Assembly: GCA_023229115.1 (NCBI GenBank)
Contig: JALNZW010000008.1
Location: 1-61,178, forward strand
DNA length: 61,178 nucleotides
Direction of reading: 5' to 3'
Origin: Patescibacteria group bacterium
GTDB lineage: Bacteria; Patescibacteriota; Patescibacteriia; Patescibacteriales; UBA12465
Shown here piece after piece: positions 17,483 to 26,528 of the stretch; position 1 is the first letter of the stretch; each line of letters begins with the position of its first letter. Made by a program: the position numbers and the translations under genes. A model generated the notes under the pieces. It was not told where the DNA came from, made no database searches, and worked only from the letters and a program-made list of their open reading frames with translations.

Positions 17483-19126
17483 ATGAATTTAGATGACAAT
17501 AAGGTTCAGGAAATACTTTTGAATCAAAATTATATAACCAAAGTTGACTTAGAAAAGGCTAAAAAATCAATAAACGAAGGAGCTTCGGTTGTTGATTATT
17601 TTTTAGATCAAGGGATTTTAACTAAAAAATTATTAGGACAAGCTTTGGCTGAAGCAGAAAATGTTCATTATTTTGATTTAAAAAATAATCTCCCTTCTTA
17701 TGAGCAGATTTTGAAGTTCCCAGAAGAGATAGCTAGGGAGTATCGTTTAATTTTTACTAAAGAGGATGAAGAAAAGATGTTTTTTACTTCTGATAATCCC
17801 ACAGAATCAAAAAATATTTTTTTAAGTATGGGTGAATTATTTCCAGTAGAAAATATAACTGTTTCTTATTCTTTGCCAGAGGACATTGATTTTGCTTTAG
17901 ATTATTTTTATAAAAAGCCATTAAAAACTAGATTTAGTGATATTATTAAGGGCGGTAAAAAGGTTGCTCAAGAAATAGTTAACGAAATATTTAACGATGC
18001 TCTTGCTTATAATTCATCTGATGTTCACTTTGAACCTCAAGGAAAAGAAACTATTATTCGTTTTAGAGTTGATGGTGTGTTGCAAGAAGCGGGCAGAATA
18101 TCTAATGAATATTACAGCAATATTTTAAACTTTATTAAAGTTCAAGGAGGATTAAGAATAGATGAACATTATTCTGCTCAAGACGGTTCAATGAGTTATA
18201 AATTTGGTAAACAAGAAGTTGATATGCGTTTGTCTATTTTGCCAGTTGTTGGTGGAGAAAAAATTGCTATTCGTATCTTGGCTAAATATATAAAAGGATT
18301 TAGTTTGCATGAAATAGGTTTAGAAAAAAGAGACAGGGATTTAATGAGAAAAGAAATTCAAAGACCTTTTGGTATGATTTTAACTTCTGGGCCAACTGGT
18401 TCTGGTAAAACAACAACTTTGTATTCCTTACTTAGACTTTTAAATAATCCTAGAGTTAATATTACAACCTTGGAAGATCCGATTGAATATAGAGTAAAGG
18501 GTATTAATCAAATACAAGTAAATCAAGCTACTAACCTCACTTTTCTAAAGGGATTAAGAACTATTGTTCGTCAAGATCCTGATGTTATTATGGTGGGTGA
18601 AATCAGAGACGAAGAAACAGCTGAAATGGCGGTCAATGCTTCTTTAACTGGTCATTTGCTTCTATCAACTTTTCATGCTAATGACGCTGCTACCACTATC
18701 GCTCGTTTGCTTGATATGAATATTGAACCTTTTTTGTTGGCTTCCACTTTAAGGGTTGTGGTTGCTCAAAGATTAGTTAGAAAGCTTTGTGAAAAATGTC
18801 GTTATAGTGTTTCTGTTTCTAAAGATGATTTTAAAAAAGAACACCCCGAGATTGCTAAGTATTTAAAAAAAGAAAATAATGTTTTTTATCAGTCTCACGG
18901 CTGTGAATCTTGTGGTTACACTGGCTATAACGGACGAACAGCTATTTTTGAAATAATATTAAATACTCCAGAATTACAAGATTTAATATTAAATAGGCCG
19001 TCCGCTAAACAAATTTGGGAGTTAGCTAAAAAACAAGATGCTAAATCTCTTTTTGCTGATGGCATGGAAAAAGTTAAAGCTGGTGTAACATCATTAGATG
19101 ATTTATTAAGAGTTGCTCTTCCTTAA
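17483..19126 (+). CDS. pilB: Type IV pilus assembly ATPase (PilB/GspE family)
   Basis: Walker A GPTGSGKTTT, DPDVIMVGEIRD, His box TGHLLLSTFHAND, C-terminal CxxC...CxxC. Confidence 0.9.
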   Translation: MNLDDNKVQEILLNQNYITKVDLEKAKKSINEGASVVDYFLDQGILTKKLLGQALAEAENVHYFDLKNNLPSYEQILKFPEEIAREYRLIFTKEDEEKMFFTSDNPTESKNIFLSMGELFPVENITVSYSLPEDIDFALDYFYKKPLKTRFSDIIKGGKKVAQEIVNEIFNDALAYNSSDVHFEPQGKETIIRFRVDGVLQEAGRISNEYYSNILNFIKVQGGLRIDEHYSAQDGSMSYKFGKQEVDMRLSILPVVGGEKIAIRILAKYIKGFSLHEIGLEKRDRDLMRKEIQRPFGMILTSGPTGSGKTTTLYSLLRLLNNPRVNITTLEDPIEYRVKGINQIQVNQATNLTFLKGLRTIVRQDPDVIMVGEIRDEETAEMAVNASLTGHLLLSTFHANDAATTIARLLDMNIEPFLLASTLRVVVAQRLVRKLCEKCRYSVSVSKDDFKKEHPEIAKYLKKENNVFYQSHGCESCGYTGYNGRTAIFEIILNTPELQDLILNRPSAKQIWELAKKQDAKSLFADGMEKVKAGVTSLDDLLRVALP

Positions 19127-19136
19127 TTATAAATTT

Positions 19137-20189
19137 ATGGGAATTGTTTCAAGTACAAAGAAGGGTTATTTAATAGAAAATTTAGCTACCTTAGTTGAAG
19201 CTGGAATAAATATTTCTGAGTGTCTTTTTATAATTTCAAATGGAATTAGAAATAAGTATTTTAAAAAAATTGTCTTAGATGTTAAAGAAGCGGTTGATGG
19301 TGGGTTCTCTTTGTGGCAATCATTTGAAAAGACGGGTATTTTTTCTAAAAGAGATATTTCCTTGATTATGATCGGAGAAAACTCCGGTCATTTAGTTGAA
19401 AATTTAAATATTTTAGCTCTACAGCATCAAAAAGAAAAATTTTTTAGATATAAAGTTTATTCGGCTTTAATGTATCCTAGTTTAGTTCTTTTTTTAGTTT
19501 TAATTATTGGAACTGGCATGGCTTGGTTTTTACTGCCAAAGTTATCAGTTGTTTTTACGCAATTAGGAGCTGAATTGCCTTTAATAACTAAAATAATGAT
19601 TTCGGTTGGTGTTTTTTTTGGTAATTATGGTTTGATTTTCTTTCCAATATTTTTTGTTTTGTTATTTTTATTTTTTTATTTTGTTTTTGTTAACAAAAAA
19701 ACAAAAGTAATTGGACAAAAATTTCTATTTAATTTTTTTAGCACAAGAAGATTGGTTTTAGAGTCAGAGCTTTCTCGTTTTGGTTATATTTTAGGCACAT
19801 TACTTCAGGCTGGATTTTCTATTAATGAGTCATTAAAGTTGTTAAATCAAGCTAGTCCCTTTCCTTTTTATGGTGATTTTTATTTGTATTTATCAGAGAG
19901 TGTTTCAGAGGGAATTTCTTTAAAAGATAGTTTTGCTAATTTTTCTAAATCTGAAAAACTAATTCCAAATTCTGTTCAAGAAATGATATTTGTCGGTGAG
20001 CGATCAGGTAAATTACCAGAAATACTTTTAAAGATTGGTAAAAATTATGAAGACAAACTAGAAATAACTACTAGAAATTTGTCTGCAATTTTAGAACCAG
20101 TTCTTTTAATTCTTGTTTGGGTGGGCGTGGTTATTTTAGCTTTAGCTATTATACTTCCTGTCTATAGTTTGATAAGCAATATTAACTAA
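19137..20189 (+). CDS. pilC: Type IV pilus platform protein (PilC/GspF family)
   Basis: The ORF track starts at 19113; the ATG at 19137 is preferred. Two GspF-type repeats and 3 TM. Confidence 0.85.
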   Translation: MGIVSSTKKGYLIENLATLVEAGINISECLFIISNGIRNKYFKKIVLDVKEAVDGGFSLWQSFEKTGIFSKRDISLIMIGENSGHLVENLNILALQHQKEKFFRYKVYSALMYPSLVLFLVLIIGTGMAWFLLPKLSVVFTQLGAELPLITKIMISVGVFFGNYGLIFFPIFFVLLFLFFYFVFVNKKTKVIGQKFLFNFFSTRRLVLESELSRFGYILGTLLQAGFSINESLKLLNQASPFPFYGDFYLYLSESVSEGISLKDSFANFSKSEKLIPNSVQEMIFVGERSGKLPEILLKIGKNYEDKLEITTRNLSAILEPVLLILVWVGVVILALAIILPVYSLISNIN

Positions 20190-20638
20190 TGCTTACTATG
20201 TTTTCTTTAAAGAATAAAGCTTTTACTTTATTGGAGATTATACTGACGGTCTCTATTTTTGTTTTATCAGCCTCTATTCTATCTCCAATTTATTTGTCTG
20301 CCAAAAACAGAGATGATTTAAGTACTAAAACTGATATTTTAGTCAGTTCTTTAAGGCGAGCTCAAATTTTATCAATTTCTGGTCAAGAAGATTCTTCCTG
20401 GGGTGTTAAAATATTAGAAGATAGTTTGGTTGTTTTTAAGGGGGATAGTTATCTTACTCGCGACACTAGTCAAGATGATGTTATTGCGGTTAATAAAAAT
20501 ATTTTAACCGAAGGTTTGGATGAGATTGTTTTTACTAAAATTTTTGGTGAAACAAGCAATATTGGTGATATCACATTAAAGACGAAAAATAAAGAAATCA
20601 TTATTAGTATTAATAGAAAGGGAATGATTGATTACTAG
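20189..20638 (+). CDS. Minor pilin / pseudopilin
   Basis: N-terminal class III signal KNKA|FTLLEIILTVSIFVL, with Ala at position -1. Confidence 0.7.
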   Translation: MLTMFSLKNKAFTLLEIILTVSIFVLSASILSPIYLSAKNRDDLSTKTDILVSSLRRAQILSISGQEDSSWGVKILEDSLVVFKGDSYLTRDTSQDDVIAVNKNILTEGLDEIVFTKIFGETSNIGDITLKTKNKEIIISINRKGMIDY

Positions 20639-20641
20639 CTT

Positions 20642-22459
20642 ATGTTTAATAAAATAAAAAATAGAATTACAGGCTTTAGTGGTATAGAAATTTTATTGGC
20701 TGGCTCAATAATGGCCTTGGTAATAACCTCTCTTTTGGGTCTTCTTTTTTATTCTAATGATGCCTTAAATAAAGATAACTCTAACTTACAAGCCTCTTTG
20801 ATCGCGAGTCAAGCCTTGGAAGTTGTTTCGACCATACGAGATAGGGGTTTTGATAATCTAATTGATGGAGTTCACGGTTTGTCTTTTTCGGGAGGAGAAT
20901 GGTCTTTTCTTGGTGAGAGTGATCAGGTGGGTGATTTTACTAGAGTGATTACTATTAGCACTGTTTCTGAAAATGTTAAAAAAATAGCTGTTTTAGTTAC
21001 TTGGTTTAAAAGTCCTGGAAGACTAGTTAGTATTTCTGAGTATAGATATTTAACTAATTGGCAAGAAACAGAACAAGCATCCTTGATAGATGTGGCTATT
21101 AATATTGATAGTGACTGGGAAGACGGTTATTGTGCAACTGTTACTTTAACAACCGAGTCAATTACCCCGATTATTTGGGACTTGGATATTATCTTAGATA
21201 CCTACCCTAAGAATGGTATTGTTAATAATGTCTGGGACGCTAATTGGTCATTTGCTGAACCAATTTTGAGTGTTTCTGGTCTTGCTGGCAATGAAACTAT
21301 TGTTTTTGGTAGTTCAATTAATTTTACTTATTGTGCCGATAGAGAAATAATTCCGCCTCCTTTAGGTCAGGCCAATTATTTAGAGGTTAATACTATTAAT
21401 AGTCGAGTTAACCCTGTTAATAAAAATCAAGTTATTGGCACAGAGCTACTAAATACTTCTTCAGCTATTTCTATAATATTAGAAGAAATAGTTGTTAATT
21501 GGTCGGGAGTTAATGCTAATACCAGAATATCATCAATTCAGATTAATGGTACAACCTTGTGGTCTGGTTCTGCTACCTCAGGATCAACTCTTACTTTGAG
21601 TAGTCCCTTTGTTTTGGGTCCACTGAGTGGCCCTTATTCAATTGTTTTTAATTTCAGTAAAAAAATAAACGGAATAGATTTTTATACTCGTTTTATAATG
21701 GAAGATTTTTCGGAAAAATTAGTTGATATTTTTGCTGGTGGTGGGGCAGACTTAATTCCTCCAGGGACAATTACTAATCTTAGTTCAACCGTTCAAGATC
21801 ATGAATCAGTTACTCTCTCCTGGACGGCACCGGGTGATGATGGAATGATCGGTTTGGCATCTTATTATGAAATTAGATATTCTCAAAATATTATAGATGA
21901 TAGTAATTGGGATTTAGCCACTATTTTTAGCACCCCTCCTAGTCCTGAAATAGCTGGCACTATTCAGTCCGCAAAAGTTAGTGGTTTGAGTTTGAATACA
22001 AATTATTATTTTGCTATTAAGACTTATGATGAAAGTGCTAATGTTTCTCTTCTTTCTAATGTTTTAAACGCCAGCACCACTAATTTAAGTGATTCTTCTT
22101 ATTTATATCTTAATATTGGGTCGGCGGTTTTAGGACCACCACCTCTTAGCAATAATTATGTTTCTGGTATTATTTTAGACAACAATGGCCTGAGCAATAT
22201 TTCTATTACTGGCATTACTGGTTCTTGGGGGTCTGACAAAATTAAACAAATTTATATTGATGGAATCTCAGTATGGAATAGAAATATTAGTTCTGGTGCT
22301 ATAGCCACTTTTTCTACCCCTTATGTTTTAACACCTTCCGGTGGTCCTTATAATTTAAGTTTGAGATTTCAAAAAGTTTTTACTGGGAAAACTATAGATT
22401 ACTTAGATATTATTTTGGGGGATGGTTCTGTAAAAAGAAGTGATAGTAAAAGTTTTTAA
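20642..22459 (+). CDS. Large pilin-like protein with an FN3 domain and duplicated beta modules (putative pilus-tip adhesin)
   Basis: N-terminus ITG|FSGIEILLAGSIMALV. FN3 signature VTLSWTAPGDDG...YEIRY...YYFAIKTYDESAN. A W-rich CBM-like segment DWEDGYCATVTLT...WDANWSF. Two ~115-aa paralogous modules. Confidence 0.65.
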   Translation: MFNKIKNRITGFSGIEILLAGSIMALVITSLLGLLFYSNDALNKDNSNLQASLIASQALEVVSTIRDRGFDNLIDGVHGLSFSGGEWSFLGESDQVGDFTRVITISTVSENVKKIAVLVTWFKSPGRLVSISEYRYLTNWQETEQASLIDVAINIDSDWEDGYCATVTLTTESITPIIWDLDIILDTYPKNGIVNNVWDANWSFAEPILSVSGLAGNETIVFGSSINFTYCADREIIPPPLGQANYLEVNTINSRVNPVNKNQVIGTELLNTSSAISIILEEIVVNWSGVNANTRISSIQINGTTLWSGSATSGSTLTLSSPFVLGPLSGPYSIVFNFSKKINGIDFYTRFIMEDFSEKLVDIFAGGGADLIPPGTITNLSSTVQDHESVTLSWTAPGDDGMIGLASYYEIRYSQNIIDDSNWDLATIFSTPPSPEIAGTIQSAKVSGLSLNTNYYFAIKTYDESANVSLLSNVLNASTTNLSDSSYLYLNIGSAVLGPPPLSNNYVSGIILDNNGLSNISITGITGSWGSDKIKQIYIDGISVWNRNISSGAIATFSTPYVLTPSGGPYNLSLRFQKVFTGKTIDYLDIILGDGSVKRSDSKSF

Positions 22460-22462
22460 ATT

Positions 22463-22984
22463 ATGATAATAAATAATATTTGTAAAAAAAAGAAAGCATT
22501 TACTTTGACAGAGACAATACTTTATATGAGCCTTTTTGTTGCTATTTTTGCTGCTCTATTTGCTTCTTTAAATATTTTTTATAGCAATAAAATAAAGAAT
22601 AGGACTATTTTAGAAGTTGAACAACAAGGTCAAATTATTTCGATGTTAATTGGTCAAGAAATAAGAAATGCTCAGTCTATTATTTCTCCTGTAGCTGGAG
22701 TTTCAGCTAATACTTTAATTTTAGAGCATTTGGATATTTTAAAAAGTCCATTATCTTTTTATTTATTAAATAATAAATTAATGATTGATGAAAATGGTAG
22801 TTCTTTTAATTTGAGTAATTCTAATGTAGTGGTTGGTAATTTGATTTTTGAAAATAATTCAGTGATAAATGAAGCGCAAAGCATTTCTTTTAGTTTTGAT
22901 GTTTCGTATAACTCTGCTAATAGTAAAAATGAATATAAGTATAGCAAAGTTTTTTCTGGCACAGTTAATTTGCTTAAAAAGTGA
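22463..22984 (+). CDS. Minor pilin / pseudopilin
   Basis: KKKA|FTLTETILYMSLFVAIF N-terminus. Confidence 0.65.
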   Translation: MIINNICKKKKAFTLTETILYMSLFVAIFAALFASLNIFYSNKIKNRTILEVEQQGQIISMLIGQEIRNAQSIISPVAGVSANTLILEHLDILKSPLSFYLLNNKLMIDENGSSFNLSNSNVVVGNLIFENNSVINEAQSISFSFDVSYNSANSKNEYKYSKVFSGTVNLLKK

Positions 22985-22985
22985 T

Positions 22986-23387
22986 ATGTTAAAAACAAAC
23001 AAACAAGCAGGATTTATTGTTTTGATTACTGTTCTAATAATTAGTTCAATAGTTTTATCTATTTCTTTGATGATTGTTTTAGTAAATATTAATTCCAGTA
23101 AAAATAGTTTAAGTACTAATAATGCTAATCAGGCTAGATTGTTGGCTAATACTTGCTCAGAGTATGCTCTGCAAGAGATTGCTTTTGATACTAATATTTT
23201 TGGTTCTTTTGTTTTGTCTTTGGGTGATGATACTTGTAATTATTCTATTTATCATGGTACTGGAGAGGAAAGAGTTATAGAATCTTGGTCTGAGATTCGG
23301 GGGAGTGTTAGACGGGAAAGGGTTGTTGTTGATTCTTTTAGTCCAAATATAAATATTGCTTCTTGGCAGGAAATCGCTGATTTTTAA
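22986..23387 (+). CDS. PilX/GspK-like minor pilin
   Basis: The in-frame ATG at 22986 is preferred over the track start at 22869, which overlaps the previous gene. N-terminus MLKTNKQAGFIVLITVLIISSIVL. Confidence 0.55.
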   Translation: MLKTNKQAGFIVLITVLIISSIVLSISLMIVLVNINSSKNSLSTNNANQARLLANTCSEYALQEIAFDTNIFGSFVLSLGDDTCNYSIYHGTGEERVIESWSEIRGSVRRERVVVDSFSPNINIASWQEIADF

Positions 23388-23573
23388 TTATATATTTTGT
23401 ACACATATTTTATTTTTATCAAAAATTTGGAGATTTTTAAATTTTGTGTTATATTGTTTTTGAGATAAAAAAATAATAAAGGTCGATATGTTTGTTATTT
23501 TTTTATTATATAAATTAATTAATTTAATTTTTTATAAATTGCTTTTTAGTAATTTATAAAAATAAAAAAAATT

Positions 23574-24014
23574 ATGAATAAAAAAAGAAATCAAGGTTTC
23601 ACATTATTAGAAATCTTGTTAGCAGTAGCTGCTTTGGTTATCTTAGCTAGTATTGTTATCTTGGCTATTAATCCAGGAAAACAGTTGGCTGATACTAGAG
23701 ACGCTCAAAGATGGTCAGACGTAAACACAATTTTAAATGGTGTTTATCAATATGCTATTGACAATGATGGTAATTTACCAACATCAATTCCGGCTGATAC
23801 AGACACTGGAGCTGATATTTGTATTGAAACAACGAAGGCTACATCTTGTAACGTTGATTTGTCTGTTTTAATTCCTAAGTATTTGGTTGCATTACCAAGC
23901 GATCCTCATGCTACAAGTACTGCTAACTACACAGTGGTATCTTCTTCAACTACTGGCAGAATAACAGTTGAAGCTCCTTTAGCAGAAAACAAAACTATTA
24001 CAGCTACAAGATAG
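23574..24014 (+). CDS. pilA: Major type IV pilin
   Basis: MNKKRNQG|FTLLEILLAVAALVILASIV, 146 aa, own A+T-rich promoter region and a strong terminator. Confidence 0.8.
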   Translation: MNKKRNQGFTLLEILLAVAALVILASIVILAINPGKQLADTRDAQRWSDVNTILNGVYQYAIDNDGNLPTSIPADTDTGADICIETTKATSCNVDLSVLIPKYLVALPSDPHATSTANYTVVSSSTTGRITVEAPLAENKTITATR

Positions 24015-24024
24015 TTTAAAATAT

Positions 24025-24057
24025 AAAAAAGACACCTCTTCTGGGGTGTCTTTTTTT
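24025..24057 (+). terminator. Pilin terminator
   Basis: aaaaaagacacc-tcttctgg-ggtgtc followed by T7. Confidence 0.7.
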
Positions 24058-24082
24058 ATTTAAAAATGCTAAAATAAAACTG

Positions 24083-26140
24083 ATGTTTGGCAAAAATAAG
24101 AAAGATTTTGACCCTTTTGTGGTTAAAGAAAAAAAATTTAAATTTGGTAATCTTAAGGACTCTTTTTATCATTTAGGGTGGATGGAGGATTCTTTTTTAT
24201 TTGGTGAAAACAATAATGAAACTTTAAAAAAGACTTTTGATTTTGATAAAGTTAAGCATGTTTTTTCTTTTTTGGTTATTTTCTTTTTGGTTTTAGTTTT
24301 TAGACTTTTTTGGTTACAAATTTTTAAGGGTGATGAATATCGAGCCCTAGCTGAGGGAAATAGAGTTAAAACAATTAGCATTGAACCAAAAAGAGGTGTT
24401 ATTTACGATTCCAATAGAATTCCTCTAGTTAAAAATGAAGCAAATTTTGTTTTGTATTTAGTTCCTTCTGATATGCCTAAGGGTGAACTGGAGCGTGATG
24501 AAATTTTACGTAAATTGGCCTTTATTATTGATGATGAAATTTCTAATGATTCACGACAGGTGGAAAATTATAATAGAAACAAGTCTTCGGAAAACTACTC
24601 TTCCTTTGTTTTCTTGAAGGATAGCAGCTATTTTTATTTTGTTAAAGATAAGTTGGATAAAATAAAAATTGGGTCTTTAGAATCTTTTAGACCTTTATTT
24701 ATAATGGATAATCTTGATTATGAATCAGCCATTGCTATTTCTCTAAAAACAGAAAAGATGCCAGGCGTTTCTTTGTCTGTTAAAATGAAAAGATCATATG
24801 TAATTTCTGATGAATTTTTACCAAGCCTTTCTCATGTTATTGGCTATACTGGAAAAATATCAGAAAGAGATTTGGATATTTTTGGAGAAGAGTATTCTCT
24901 TATTGATTATATTGGTAAAACTGGTTTAGAATATTTTTATGAAAATGAACTTAAGGGACAGAAGGGTAAAAAATATGTTGAAGTTGATGCCTTGGGTCGA
25001 GAAAAAAAAATAATTAATGAAGTTCCACCGATTGATGGTTCTAATCTAGTTTTAAGTTTAGATTCTAAATTACAACTAAAGATTGAAGAGATACTTAAAG
25101 ATCATCTTAAAAAAAATAATCTTAGTCGAGCTTCAGTTGTGGCTTTAAATCCACAAAATGGAGAAATATTATCTCTAGTTTCTTGGCCAACTTACAACAA
25201 TAATATATTTTCTGGTGGGGTTAGCCAAGCTGATTATAGTCGTTTATTAAATAATCCTAACAGACCTCTTTTTAATCGAGCTGTTAGTGGTAATTTTCCT
25301 TCGGGGTCAACCTTAAAGCCAATTATAGCCGTGGCAGCTTTGGAAGAAAAGGTTATTAAGGAAAGTACTTATATTAATAGTTCTGGCGGAATAAGGGTTA
25401 GCCAATGGTATTTCCCTGATTGGAAAGCTGGCGGTCATGGTTTGACCAATGTTAAAAAAGCTTTGGCGGAATCAGTTAATACCTTTTTTTATTATATTGG
25501 AGGTGGTTATGAAAATTTTGTTGGCTTAGGAATTGACAGGATTGTTAAATATTTGAATTCTTTTGGACTAGGATCTCAGAGTGGTTTAGACTTGCCTCAA
25601 GAAGCTAAAGGCTTTGTTCCAACACCTGAATGGAAAGAGGAGTCTCGAGATGAAGTTTGGTATATTGGTAACACTTATCATGTTTCTATTGGTCAAGGAG
25701 ACATTTTAGTCACTCCTTTGCAAGTCGCTAATTTTACTGCTTTTTTTGCCAATGGAGGCAAACTTTATCGTCCTCATTTAGTAAGGGAAGTTTTAGATGG
25801 TGATAATCAATTAATTAGAGAAATTAAAGCAGAAACAATTAAAGATGATTTTATAGATCCTAAAAATATAGAGATAGTTAAAGAGGGTATGCGACAAACT
25901 GTTATTTCTGGCAGTGCTCAGCGTTTAAATCTCTTGCCTTATGAAATATCAGGTAAAACCGGTACTGCCCAGTGGGGTACAAATAAAACGCCCCATGCTT
26001 GGTTTACTTCTTTCGCTCCTTATGATGAACCAGAAATAGTTTTAACTATTTTATTAGAAGAAGGAGAAGAGGGCAGTGGTCCGCCAGTTACTATAGCCGG
26101 GGAAATATTGGAATACTATTTTTCTGAGAAAAATAAATAA
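24083..26140 (+). CDS. Class B penicillin-binding protein (PBP2/FtsI-type transpeptidase)
   Basis: 685 aa with an N-terminal TM. SGSTLKP (SxxK), SVN, KTGTA. Confidence 0.85.
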   Translation: MFGKNKKDFDPFVVKEKKFKFGNLKDSFYHLGWMEDSFLFGENNNETLKKTFDFDKVKHVFSFLVIFFLVLVFRLFWLQIFKGDEYRALAEGNRVKTISIEPKRGVIYDSNRIPLVKNEANFVLYLVPSDMPKGELERDEILRKLAFIIDDEISNDSRQVENYNRNKSSENYSSFVFLKDSSYFYFVKDKLDKIKIGSLESFRPLFIMDNLDYESAIAISLKTEKMPGVSLSVKMKRSYVISDEFLPSLSHVIGYTGKISERDLDIFGEEYSLIDYIGKTGLEYFYENELKGQKGKKYVEVDALGREKKIINEVPPIDGSNLVLSLDSKLQLKIEEILKDHLKKNNLSRASVVALNPQNGEILSLVSWPTYNNNIFSGGVSQADYSRLLNNPNRPLFNRAVSGNFPSGSTLKPIIAVAALEEKVIKESTYINSSGGIRVSQWYFPDWKAGGHGLTNVKKALAESVNTFFYYIGGGYENFVGLGIDRIVKYLNSFGLGSQSGLDLPQEAKGFVPTPEWKEESRDEVWYIGNTYHVSIGQGDILVTPLQVANFTAFFANGGKLYRPHLVREVLDGDNQLIREIKAETIKDDFIDPKNIEIVKEGMRQTVISGSAQRLNLLPYEISGKTGTAQWGTNKTPHAWFTSFAPYDEPEIVLTILLEEGEEGSGPPVTIAGEILEYYFSEKNK

Positions 26141-26251
26141 AATTTATTGTTTTTAGGCTTTATATTTGCTATTATATTATTATAAAAGAGACTAAAATTT
26201 CTATTGACTTTTTTTTATAAATATGTTATAATCTTAAGTTAAATTATTTAT

Positions 26252-26476
26252 ATGTCACAAATGAAAGAAGAAAATCAAAAAAATGACTTTAACATTATAA
26301 GTCAAAAAATAGATGAGGCTGTTTTAGCTATTGAAAAAATAGAGTTAGAAACTATAAGTTCTTTGAATAATTTTAAATTAAAAAAACTATCAAGTTTAAA
26401 GGGAGCGGACGTTAAGGCCGCTTTTTCTAAAATGGATGAAATTAGAAAAAAGATTGATAGCGATTTAAATAATTAA
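26252..26476 (+). CDS. Small coiled-coil protein
   Basis: ORF track, 74 aa, directly upstream of the giant gene. Confidence 0.4.
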   Translation: MSQMKEENQKNDFNIISQKIDEAVLAIEKIELETISSLNNFKLKKLSSLKGADVKAAFSKMDEIRKKIDSDLNN

Positions 26477-26528
26477 TAATTTTTTAAAAAATAAATTAAT
26501 AAAAATTAATACTTCTAAAAATAAAATT

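Noticed and set aside
22869-22985. Long 5' extension of the PilX-like ORF overlapping the preceding pilin gene by 116 nt
   Set aside because: The in-frame ATG at 22986, 1 nt after the upstream stop, gives a typical short basic N-terminus plus hydrophobic helix.
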